Source of the DNA: Paraspadella gotoi | Lineage: Eukaryota > Animalia > Chaetognatha | Direction: 5' to 3' | Length of the DNA: 64,000 nucleotides | Assembly: GCA_051294375.1 (NCBI GenBank) | Contig: CM119271.1 | Location: forward strand, 7,007,632 to 7,071,631 | In this document: positions 13,076 to 24,189 of the stretch, piece after piece | Position numbering within the stretch: the stretch's first letter is position 1 | Layout of the letters: each line of letters starts with the position of its first letter | Translations under genes and position numbers: made by a program | The notes under the pieces: model-generated | What the model was told of the DNA's origin: nothing | Databases searched by the model: none | What the model saw: the letters and a program-made list of their open reading frames with translations, nothing else

Positions 13076-14324
13076 ACTATCTTTTCAACGGAGAACCAGA
13101 AAGTGGGAAAAAAAATGCCGAAAAATAAAGAGAAGGAAAAAAAAGTGATAACCAAAGCACGGATACACGAATTGGATCTGGTTTACAAATAAAAAAAATC
13201 GTAACTTTTTATGAATCATTCTCGCGGAATCAAGTAGCGCGTTCGCATTTTTTTCTTTACTTCGTCGTGAAAAGCGTGTCGTCGCTACTTTTTATTTTCT
13301 TGCCTTATGTGACTTTCAATCTCGTCTCGTTCTTCTCGCTTCGCAGTTTCATTTCCATTGTCTGTGGGTGGTTTTTTTTTTATACTCTGTTTTAGAAGTA
13401 CAAATCATTTAATTTAGATTTGTTTTAGCCGAACATCAAATGTCATGTTTTGAAAAAAGTAAACTTTCTCTCGAATCTGATGTTGTTTAGCTCCAAACTG
13501 TTTTAGGCATTATCTTTGGTTAAACCAATTATTTTTTGTTACGCTGTTATCGGGAAGGCCCCGATTCAGTTTTTGTTATGCGTTTAGTTTTTCTTGATAC
13601 ACGTACTTATAAAAATTGTACATCCCCCCACTCACAACTGCTGAGAGGTCGGTTTTAGTTATTTTTAGGTTTCGTTCGTGATTTTTGAATCATCGCACCT
13701 TCTTACTACTAGTCGTTACGTCCGATGTCTTTTGTCTTTTTTCGGTCAATATACTGATAACGATCCAAAGATTTACATGACAATATTCGCATTTCCAGTA
13801 AAGGACTTCTTCCTTACCATCGATATATCGATAAATTGTATGCTAATTTTTAATATAATCTTGGATAATCAAATTATACATACCTCCATTATGTAACTTT
13901 TGATTCCTTTTTAAACTATTTATTTTCACAATTTTATTTTTTTTACCGAACATTCCATCACTCTGAATCTCAGCTAAACAAGATTAATTTTGAAAGCTTT
14001 TCGTTTTAATGCCAAAAATAAAAACGAAATTCTCGTTTGATTTTTTAATAATATTAATGCTTGTAATTTTTTTAAATAATTTCGTTTTCAATTTTTTGCA
14101 TGCTTATTTGTTGCTTTGTCCACGTTAATAGGTTTGGCGGACAGTGGTGCCCAGGAAAACAAAAATATGCCCAATAAAAAAAAATAAATAAATAATAAAT
14201 TAAAAAATATATAAAAAAAAAAAGAAATGCCCAATAGGCGCCCAGGAATGGTAGGACATATCATTATGATGTAAATTGGAAACATGCCGTGCTCTTTGCC
14301 GAATGATTGGCGCCGTCAAGAAAC

Positions 14325-16742
14325 ATGTTTAAAGGCCAACTACGCAACACTTGCGTTCGCAGAATAGGGAGTGTCTTAGGATTATTCCTAATTCTTTTTC
14401 TCGCGGATCAGCTTGGGTTGTTATTCGAAAAGAAAACGCACTATGTCAAACCCGGTTCGTATTCAATATTAGAATGATGAATCGGTTGAATAAAGATTTT
14501 TTTTTCAGTCGTATAAAAATCAAAATTTTTTTTTTTTTTTAAATATTAAAAATATATTTCCAGCTTGCACGTTTCCTTGCGTCCGAAATGGAACAATATT
14601 TTCCCAACCAGAACGATCATCCTTCGATTGCGACTCTTGTTTCCAATTCAATTATTCACCCGTCATCGTCCCAGCTCAGGCTTGCCGCCCTTCCGCTGGG
14701 GACCGGAAGGGGCGATCGCCGCGTGTCCTCGCCGTCGTTCTTTCATACTATGCCCGCGACGAGCATCGACGAGCCATTCGAGAAACGTGGGCAGGCGATG
14801 GCGATGGAGGAGGAGGCAATCTCGAGACGATTTTCTTGCTGGGGCTCGAGAAGGACGGCGAAAAGAACAGGTGTCGCGTTGAGGCTGTTGAGTCGTGGCT
14901 TATTCCAAATGCTGCTGGGGGGGGAAACGTAATGACCATTATGCAGTAACTTAAACCTTATACGCTTCCCTCTTCTCTCCCCTCACTTTTTTTTTCAGAC
15001 AAATCAAGGAGGAGAGCGAGTTGCGCGGGGACATTTTTCAAGTCCAAACGCTGGAAAGTTATCGGAACGCGACTTTCAAAGTCATATCCGCGCTCAAATG
15101 GATTTCTATCAACTGTCAAAACTTTGATTACATCGTCAAGCTAGACGACGACGTTTATTTGAACAGAGCTAAACTCTTTCGCTACATAGCGACTAAGCAC
15201 AATCCATCCTCCGGGATGTTCTGCAGGGTTCAGCCTTCCGGTAAACCCGACCGGTGAGTGCTTATGCGCGGAACTGGAACATTGTCTGGGATGTGGAAAT
15301 TTTGAAAAAAAAAAGAAGCGACTGTCATTAATCGTTGATGAAAATACGAAACGATGTGAAGAGAATGTTTAATTGACGTCATAAGTTCTGTCGTCGCATA
15401 CTGAAACTCTTTATCATTTGATCCGTTGTTCAGGAGTGCGTCTAGTAAATGGTTCGTGCCTTATGATCAATACCCTTATTTATACTATCCCGGTTACTGC
15501 TACGGGCCTTTTTATGCCTTCTCTTTCTCCGATTTAAACAAAATTGTGAAAAATATTGAAAACGTCCCTTATTTTGATATAGAAGACGTATACATAACCG
15601 GTCTAGTCGCACACAAGGTGAGTTAAATCGTCATTTCCAATCATCAATCATCAAATCGTTTCGTCGACTTCCACAATCTTCTGATTGCAGTCGTTGTTGA
15701 ATCTAACTTTTCGTAATATTTCCAAGGCTTCGGTTCGACGGATTCATTTACAGTCGATAGTTAACATTAGAGAATCTGAATTTCGGAATCTTACTTTCTT
15801 TTCGTCGTGTCTTTACCAAGTAAGTATTGTTTGATATTGTCTCAAATCTTTATGAAACTGTTTTTATAGTACGGATTGGATATTTTTTTTTTAACATTCG
15901 CCCAGATAAGGTTTTTTGCATGATCTTTATTAAGTAGTAGAGGCATTTAATGTTAATACTGTTTTCGACAGTTCACCGTATCGATATTTCACCCATCAAG
16001 ATTTTAAGTTTTTATTTTATTTAAAACGTGTGACTCGTATTTGCGTGCTAACGATTTACGTACATGTTAAGAAGAATTTGACCCCATTTTTTTTTGTCAG
16101 CCTAAGCTAGTAATTTTTTTTAATATTGTTTAAACTTTTTTATGAATTTCGAATTTGTGGGAGAAATAGAAATCTCATTGCAAATGAGAAATATCGTTAA
16201 TTGAAGAAAAAACTTAGTTTAACCAGAAAAATTCTCGTTGAGGGTTAAGTTATTTAAAATTCCAATTCTGATCACTTTCAAAACATTTTCTATATGAAGC
16301 AGGCAGATGGTTAATCATTTTTAAAAGGAAGTTTGCCACTAACTTTATCAAACAATAATTTAATTACGAAAGTTAGGAAGAATATCTTTATATAACATAT
16401 ATGTAGAACATATGAATATAATAACTTTGGATAGCTTATAGAAATACATGATCCGAACGTTTTTCGAAATGTACATATACTTATAAAAAGTGACTTTAAA
16501 ATTGTAACTTGTAAATTATTTTTTTATTGGTGAATTTTTTTCAGCACCACGTCATAGCTTCCCATGGGCATTCCCCTTTTCGTCTACGAAGTATTTGGAG
16601 CGCTGTTCAAAAAGCAACATGTCCTCCGCAATCTTTACAAGAAGACGACGGCGTTGCAATCGAGCGTCGTGGACGCTGCCGTCTTTTTTGTTACACTTTA
16701 TTTTTTTTGGACCGTCTTTTGGATACATGTCATTTTTTTTGA
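14325..16742 (+). CDS. GT31-family beta-1,3-galactosyl/GlcNAc-transferase, type II membrane protein, multi-exon
   Basis: N-terminal TM anchor (IGSVLGLFLILFLA), RRAIRETW, GDIFQ..ESYRNATFK, VKLDDDVY (DxD), SKWFVP..YP.YC.G, IEDVYITG. Confidence 0.88.
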
Positions 16743-17168
16743 TAAACAAAACCGTCTTTTACTTTATATATTTTAACTTTTTAGTTATAAAAATTTTCGC
16801 GAAATTTATACCTTTATTTCCATTAGCAATAATAATTATTTGAAGGAAATTTGAATTGTTACAACGATTTAATAATAAAAATCGTTGTAACAATTTAATA
16901 ATTCTTGAAAAAAAAATATATATTTCGGACAAAGCTCAGTGGAGTTTGCTAAAATAATAGAATTAATTAGTTTATTTGAATTTATTATTTGGAATTAATT
17001 ATTTTATTTAATCGTTTCTAATTGTATTAAAATAATTCCATTCTTATTATTATCTAATTTCATTGGCCAAGGATGTTCTTTACAAACATGGATGACCTTT
17101 CTAAATACCGAGGCCAAACTTTTTGCGAGATTTAATAATTAACTTTTGAGATTCATAATTGATATACC

Positions 17169-17645
17169 GAAGGCTTCATATTATAAAATGAGGTACCCCT
17201 TTTTTGTGACCAGAATCTGTTCCTACCAAACTACTTGATGGAATTTCATGAAATTTTACATTTAGAGTCCTAATGACGATATAAATGGAACTAATATTCA
17301 ACCCCTGACAAGAGATACTGGGCCCTGGGGGTGGACCCCTTGGGGGCCAAAAAAGCCTAAAATTTTTTTTTCATTTTTTGAAATTTTTTAGTGGCATCAG
17401 GTGCATTGACGTTTTAAACATATAAAAAAAAAACATTTTAAAACTAAAATTGAAAAATTATCAATAATTAAGCATAGTTTGAAGATGCATGGGGCCCCAT
17501 ATCTCAAATATTGAAATTCGCCTCGATAGTTGTATTCACATAGGGATCGTTCATACTAAATTTAAAAAAAGTTGGTCCAGTAGATTTCTCGGAACGTGTT
17601 CTGGTCACACAAAAGGGGTACCTCATTTTATAATATGAAGCCTTC
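17169..17645. mobile_element. Non-autonomous DNA element (MITE-like) with about 45-55-bp terminal inverted repeats
   Basis: gaaggcttcatattataaaatgaggtacccctttt..gtgaccagaa at the left end; its reverse complement ends at 17645. Confidence 0.8.
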
Positions 17646-18683
17646 TGAATATAATTATTATAAATTATTTGTGAATTATTTAAAATATTCTTAATCATAT
17701 AGTAAATTATACTCATTATACCATATATAAATTAAATAATGAACATCAAATTTAGGGCTGGAATGAAAGCTTCAATGATTAAATTTCTTATTCATATCAG
17801 ACATTAGATTTGAACTCTGACAATTATTGGCATTCCTACCTTTTTCGAGGATTAAAAATATAACGCTTAACAAATTATAGAAACAATTACAATGAGAATT
17901 TTCTTTCTTTGAATTGTTTTTTCTTTTTCGTTGGTGTTTTGACCATCTAACTGTTGTTTACGATAAAATCAAGAAATTGAAAGAAATATAAAAAATGTGA
18001 ACGATCTGAAATTATTGGTCTCCGATCCGTGTTTAAAAGCTAACATAGATAAATAATAAGTTTTGATTACCCTGATTTTAAAATTCCGTTTTTAAAATTA
18101 ATCCTTTTTACCATGGAATCTTGTTATTTTTTTGGCAACAACCAGTCATGGAGTCTCCTTCGGTCGTTCCGGAGAAAAAGCTACGCCTGGGATCAGTGAT
18201 GGCTGATGGAACCCAAGCAGAAAAAACTCTTCGCGTCTTGGATGTCGACGAAACCGCCTCCGTTGATTCCTCATCTCTGGGAGAAGATAGGAGAATTCTT
18301 TGCCAAGTAATGTCCATCATCTTTATCATCATCAAAATATCATTTCTCTTCTTTTGAGTCTAGCTCGATGACGGCGTTGCCAAGGTAAGTAATCATGAGT
18401 CAAACTTCTGTGAGGTAAATATAAAGTAGCATTGAATTGGTCCTTGTTCTTATCGAGGGTAGATTTCCTAAAATTCGTTTTACGCGACGCACGAACCAGA
18501 TATTATTCGCCGAAAAAGGATTTGTTGTTATTATTAAAGATCAAATAAATGTTAATTTATTTTTTGTCAATCCTGTTAAAGTTGTTATTTTTTTTAGTTC
18601 GCTAATTTGAGCGAGTCATTTGCCACAAATGGTTTAATCTTTCAAGTAAAAACGAACTGAACTGCTCACTCGAGGTCGTAACG

Positions 18684-21600
18684 ATGAATGGCAGCGTGTT
18701 AAACATCATCAAGAATCTGGGGAAGGCGTTGGACAAGGGCAGCTTTCTGCTATGCATTGAAGATGATCTTGGTCAAAGATTTTGGACGACCTCCGGTGGT
18801 CCGCTAGAGGAGGAGCTGACTAACTCCGGCGGAATAGTGCTGCAGGAGGAGGATACCATCGTCGACGTCTTGGCCAAGTCCCGACAGCGGCCCCACAAAC
18901 CGACGCCGGTCACATCAACGACCGATGGGGAGAACGTTGACGGACGCGGCAGCTTCGGCAAATCCCCGGGAATCGCCCCATCTCAACCCGCGGAAATAGA
19001 TCCTCTAGACGATCCCAACGCCACCAGATCGCTGCTCATCGAAAACATTGACCCGTCGCTGGAGAAGGGAGACCTCAAGTTGCTGCTGGAAACCCAAGGT
19101 CAAGTAGAAAAGCTCATCTTCGACGACCAGACGAGCAAGCACACGACGGCTGCCCACGTGGAATACTACGACATCGACATGGCCGTCCAGGCCAAAAAGG
19201 AACTCGATGGCACCAAGTTGGGTCGTTTTTATCTCATCGTTTCCTTCATGAAAATTCAAACGCGCCTCCTCTGGGTTGGAGGATTAACCAACGAAGTCTC
19301 CGAGAAGGACCTGCGCACGAGCTTTAAAGAATACGGCAACGTCATCAGTGTCGATCGCCTCAGCCCTAACGGGCCTTACGCCTACGTCCTGTTCGAGCAC
19401 GAGCACGCCGCCATCAAAGCCTGCAACACGATGAGGGGGAAATCCATCAACAAGTGTAAGCTCAAGATAGATTTCAGCGATCCGAGCAAATTTTTGGAGC
19501 GCTTTCAAAAGAGAGGTAGCGGCAGCGGCACTCCCTACAAACCAACTCGATCGGCCGACGTTTCTCGGGATGAAATCTCTGCTCCCCTACACTCCACTCC
19601 ATTGGCGCCGCCCGCTCGTAGGGCCAAAGCCGAGCCTCCGCCGGAGGACATCTCTAGCTCGAGTGAGTTTCGTCATCGCCAAGACTCCTCCCCGGCCAAG
19701 ACCAAAACGGAGACTCGCGTGTTCCGGATTCCGGATCGCGAAAGCGACATGGAGTTGGATAGCGGAGACGAGGGAAATCTCGTCGGCAAATCAGTGGGCA
19801 CTAACGGTTCCGGATCATTTAAAGACGACAGTCCGAGGATTAAAGATGAGTTCAAGATGAGGAAGCGCCACGATTCGGGTCGTAAAGTCACCATCGATCG
19901 AGAGGGTAGAAAGCTACACCGGCGGGAAGTCTCAGAATCGGGCGAGGACAGCAGTCAGAGTTCCGGCGATGAAGAGAGCGCTGCCTCGGATCATGAAAGG
20001 AAGCCCATGAAACCCTTCAACATAAAGAGCATCGTTTCTCGCAAGATGAGCGTCGGACAACCCGGCTCCGACGACGAGGATTTTGTCGATTCGAAACCGC
20101 GAAATGGGGACAAGTACGATTACAACAGCCGTATAAGAAAGTCGTCGGATGGAGCGAGGGGGTTCGACTCTGACGTCAAGTGCGTCGTCTGCGGTGACTA
20201 CGGCCACTCCGAGATCGATTGCAAGGGCTCTTCGTCGCGTCATAAGTCGAGGAATCAGTCCGCGGAGGACACCAGCAACATCCAGTGTTCCTTGTGTCTT
20301 GGCCACGGACACATCAACCTCAACTGCCCGAACCAGGGCCCCTCTAACGATCAGGAGAAGGACGGCAACAACGACTACTACATGCTTCACAAGGAACCGG
20401 AGAAGGATAGCAAGGCCTCGCGAAATTTGTATGCGGGCAACATCAGCTCCGACACGACGCGTAAAGACCTCTTCGATTTCTTTGGCAAGTACGGCATCGT
20501 GGAGGCCGTGGACTTGAAGCACGAGGGCAGCCGCAGCGAGGAGGTCAGGCCATACGCCTTCATCCAGTTCTATGATTTAAACATGGCCTTCGACGCTAAA
20601 GTCAACCTCAGCGGCCAATATTTGAACGGCTCCAAGCTCAAGATCGGCTACGGCAAACTGCAACAATCCCCGCTGCTCTGGGTGAGCGGGATCGACACGA
20701 AGATTACCAAGGACGACCTCTATCCCCATTTCAACAAGTTCGGCGTCATTCGAGATATGGATATCAAAAACGACTACGCCCCCGGTTTGGCTTTTATCTT
20801 GTACGAGAGAACGGGATCCGCCGTCGTAGCCTGCCGAGAGATGAGGGGCGTCAAGCTGTTCGGTCATCGCATTCGCACAGATCTCAATGACCCGCACAAG
20901 TACGGGTTCGACCCGGACTCCAACTACAACCGCCGCAAGAACAACTCCATCGATCATGGGTCGGAGAGCGATACTAACGAGCGCGATGACCGAGAAAGGG
21001 AACGCGAACGAGACCGTGAACGCGAACGCGAGCGGGAAAGGGATCGTGAGCGCGATCGAGAAAGAGATCACAGTCGAGACCGCGAAGACGATCGCGATTC
21101 CGTCCGCTCAGACCGTCGGTCAGATAACGACAACTCTAGCGCAGAGGACGCCACCATCAATTTCAGACAAGAAGCGAGAAGAGTTCCCGACAGCGACACT
21201 CTGTCCAAACAGATTTGCGTGATGAACATCGATCCCGAGGTCTCGCAGGACGAGTTGAGGAATCTCTTTGACAACTTTGGAACCGTTGAAAAGTTAAAAA
21301 TCATCAAAAAGACCGACGAGTCGGAGCGTTATCGGGCGATCGTTGGCTTTAAAACCGCGGAGGTTGCCACGTTGGCTTGGAAGGAATTTCGTGGCATGAA
21401 GATCGGCAAAGACAAGCTTTACATTTGCCAAGGTATCCATCAGCCGTTTCTCTTCGACTCGGAGAAGCACGCCATGGTTCCGCTCGTTTTCGTGGGCGGA
21501 ATGCGGGCCACTACGAGCAATCTTCAGATTAGGCGCGCTTTTTATCGCTGCGGCAATGTGCTGAACGTCCGCCGAAGCCGGCGGTATGGAAAACCGCGAA

Positions 21601-22727
21601 TGGGCGTGCCCACCTACATTCTTTTCGAAAAATTGGATGCCGCCATCACGGCCTGTCTCACCATGTCGCAGCAAACGATCAAGGGGGATCGTATACAAGT
21701 CAACATGTTCGCGTCCAACGTCTCAGGCCGCGAGGATCCCGCCGCTTTCGCCCTCATCCGCCAGTACGCCTCCCGGAAACGCGGCGGCGGGTTCGAAGTG
21801 GGCGACGACCGGCGCCGACGCCGACGCAGCTCGAGCTCGGATGACCGTGACCGCCGCGACTCTGGCAGCCGCGATCGCGACTCATCCTCCAGCGAGAGAG
21901 TCATCAGAGTCGCGTCCAATAAGCGGCGATCCTCGGTCGGCAGGGACGAGCGCGGCAAGCGCCGTCGCCGCGGCCGAGATTCCCGCAGCAGCAGTAGCCG
22001 CAGCAGAAGTCGCAGCAGCCGCAGCCGCAGCAGGAGCCGTAGTAAGGACCGAAGCGACGACGAACGCGCCGACGATACCAAGTCCATGTCTGACGGGAGG
22101 GAGAGTCCCAAGCCGGACGAAGGTCCTTCTCTCGATTTGGAAACCACTCTCCCCGCCGCCGTGAACAACTTGGAAGTCTTGGAGAGGCACATACCCCTTC
22201 TTTTCAACGCCGTCCTCGCTGTCGTCAACAAAGCCTGTCTCGTTTCTTTGAAGTTGATCGAGGGCAATCAGCCGTCCGTGGAGGCTGTCCTCGGAAGGTT
22301 CGTCAGCATTTCCGAGACGACCAACACAAAGTTCGTCCGTTTCACCAACTTCATCCCACTCGAGGACGCCACCATGGACGACATCAACAACAAGCTTTGC
22401 AACAAGGACGTTACCGACACGGCCGTCATTCTCGCTTCGCGCAACGAGAAGGTCGAGTGTGAAGAGGACGTGGGCGAGCGGCAGCCGCTGAGAAAGCTGG
22501 TGCTACAATTGATGGAGTCGCGCACAGCTGGCGTGGCCGAGCTCAAGGCGGAGGGCGACAAGGCCGGTTTTTGGATCTACGGATTTCCCGCGGTCCGTTT
22601 CGCCGCGGTGCTGCGGAGGAGCATTTCCACGATGGAGGTGCAGTCCTTGGAAGAAAACAACCGTCACCTGATCGTCGCGTTGATTCCGCAACAGAGCCAC
22701 AACGTCGCTTATCCTCAGATAACATGA
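18684..22727 (+). CDS. Spen/RBM15-family protein: about 6 RRMs, 2 CCHC zinc knuckles, RD/RE and RS repeats, C-terminal SPOC-like domain
   Basis: 1347-aa uninterrupted ORF; ASRNLYAGN...LKIGYGK...LWVSG RRM pair typical of Spen; CxxCxxxGHxxxxC twice; C-terminal PLRKLV...AGV...IYGFP...HLIVAL resembles SPOC. Possible short upstream exons at 18148-18305 and 18364-18384. Confidence 0.8.
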   Translation: MNGSVLNIIKNLGKALDKGSFLLCIEDDLGQRFWTTSGGPLEEELTNSGGIVLQEEDTIVDVLAKSRQRPHKPTPVTSTTDGENVDGRGSFGKSPGIAPSQPAEIDPLDDPNATRSLLIENIDPSLEKGDLKLLLETQGQVEKLIFDDQTSKHTTAAHVEYYDIDMAVQAKKELDGTKLGRFYLIVSFMKIQTRLLWVGGLTNEVSEKDLRTSFKEYGNVISVDRLSPNGPYAYVLFEHEHAAIKACNTMRGKSINKCKLKIDFSDPSKFLERFQKRGSGSGTPYKPTRSADVSRDEISAPLHSTPLAPPARRAKAEPPPEDISSSSEFRHRQDSSPAKTKTETRVFRIPDRESDMELDSGDEGNLVGKSVGTNGSGSFKDDSPRIKDEFKMRKRHDSGRKVTIDREGRKLHRREVSESGEDSSQSSGDEESAASDHERKPMKPFNIKSIVSRKMSVGQPGSDDEDFVDSKPRNGDKYDYNSRIRKSSDGARGFDSDVKCVVCGDYGHSEIDCKGSSSRHKSRNQSAEDTSNIQCSLCLGHGHINLNCPNQGPSNDQEKDGNNDYYMLHKEPEKDSKASRNLYAGNISSDTTRKDLFDFFGKYGIVEAVDLKHEGSRSEEVRPYAFIQFYDLNMAFDAKVNLSGQYLNGSKLKIGYGKLQQSPLLWVSGIDTKITKDDLYPHFNKFGVIRDMDIKNDYAPGLAFILYERTGSAVVACREMRGVKLFGHRIRTDLNDPHKYGFDPDSNYNRRKNNSIDHGSESDTNERDDRERERERDRERERERERDRERDRERDHSRDREDDRDSVRSDRRSDNDNSSAEDATINFRQEARRVPDSDTLSKQICVMNIDPEVSQDELRNLFDNFGTVEKLKIIKKTDESERYRAIVGFKTAEVATLAWKEFRGMKIGKDKLYICQGIHQPFLFDSEKHAMVPLVFVGGMRATTSNLQIRRAFYRCGNVLNVRRSRRYGKPRMGVPTYILFEKLDAAITACLTMSQQTIKGDRIQVNMFASNVSGREDPAAFALIRQYASRKRGGGFEVGDDRRRRRRSSSSDDRDRRDSGSRDRDSSSSERVIRVASNKRRSSVGRDERGKRRRRGRDSRSSSSRSRSRSSRSRSRSRSKDRSDDERADDTKSMSDGRESPKPDEGPSLDLETTLPAAVNNLEVLERHIPLLFNAVLAVVNKACLVSLKLIEGNQPSVEAVLGRFVSISETTNTKFVRFTNFIPLEDATMDDINNKLCNKDVTDTAVILASRNEKVECEEDVGERQPLRKLVLQLMESRTAGVAELKAEGDKAGFWIYGFPAVRFAAVLRRSISTMEVQSLEENNRHLIVALIPQQSHNVAYPQIT

Positions 22728-24189
22728 GAGACGACAATCTCCTTTAATTCGCCTTTTATTTTCGGGTCGGCGGGCGGAAAAAAACTTTGCGCATGGTCAT
22801 GTCGTTCCTTTAACATTTCACCAAATTTCTTAAAGAATGGATTGGTAAACTAATTTTTTGACGTTTCCACTTGATATTTCCTTTTTTTTTTTCTTTTCTT
22901 TTTTTTTTTTTTTTGGCACAATTCGTATCTTCGTTAAGCTCTCCTACGTTCTTTCTACTTTTTCCAAGTCCAAAATTGTTAATTCGTTGTGAGAATATTG
23001 TCCTTCAATTTTTTTTCTTTATCATTTTTTTTCCAAATTTACTGTTCAAGAAAATCTTTTTTTTTTTTTTATCAATTATTATTATCTCCGTTTCAGCCTA
23101 TTCGGGCTAGTTTTCAGTTTGTCCAAGTTTTTTTCTCTTTTTCCGCGATGAATTCGTTCGGCCGTGAGATTTTTAACTATTCAATCCAATTCAATTTAAA
23201 TATAAGTCGGTAACAAAAATCTAATGATTGTTACTGTTAAAATCCGTTTTTAATTTTGAGCATGCATTTCGAAGATATAGAATATATGGTGACCATTCTT
23301 GCTGCTAAATTGATTCTGTCTTTCGACTTTTGTTCTTTGTTGTAAAGTGACGTTTTTCTTCATGCACTACTTTACTCTAGCTTAAATTTTACTAGTTATA
23401 GTAATGGAGCTTATTCAGCGTTAAAGGATATCATAGTTATTCTTAAGATATGTAGAATTTACGGTGTGACAGGCAAGTATTTAAAATTAGTTACTAAATC
23501 CCTCTCGGATCAATTTTTCCTATTTGAACAGGTTTTTAACCTTTGAGTTTGATATTTCAAATTTTACTCTTATTTACTTCGTCTTTACTAAAGAATAAAC
23601 TTACCGGTTGTCAGATTACGAGTTTCATAGAAAAAAGGCATTTTTTGCCAAATATAAACCATTAAATGACACGGGATAATAATATTTTTATTATGAAGCA
23701 ACTAAAAGGTAATAAATATATCCTAACAACTATAATTAATTAAAAAAATGAAACTGATAAAATTGATCTCTCAACTGAGACGCGATTAATTATCAGTTCA
23801 TCACCAATTATTTTTTATTAGATAGGAGAGAAAGAAAATTCTGTTATGTTATTTTATTCCGGGAAGATTCTAAACAGTGAATGTACAATTTTACCTAATA
23901 TTAATAATTAGACTAAATTTATCAAGCCTGGTTAAAATCTTTTTAAAAAAATAGAAATTGATTCCGACGTGTTTTCTCATTTTCCTACGTTTGATCACAA
24001 TTCATTTCGATTCGAAGGTCAGTGATTTGTGCGTTAATCGGTAAGACTTCCGCGCGTCTCGATTCACATTCTCCTAATTTTTGTCTCACGCGATTGGTTT
24101 TTCACGCCTCGCGCTCTCATCTCGCCACACGATTCGATACTTCCATCTGATTTCCAAATCTCTTCCGACTTCCCATATCCGAATTAACG

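Noticed and set aside
19932-22267. Long antisense ORFs opposite the Spen-like gene
   Set aside because: Shadow ORFs expected from GC-rich codon usage and RS/RD repeats
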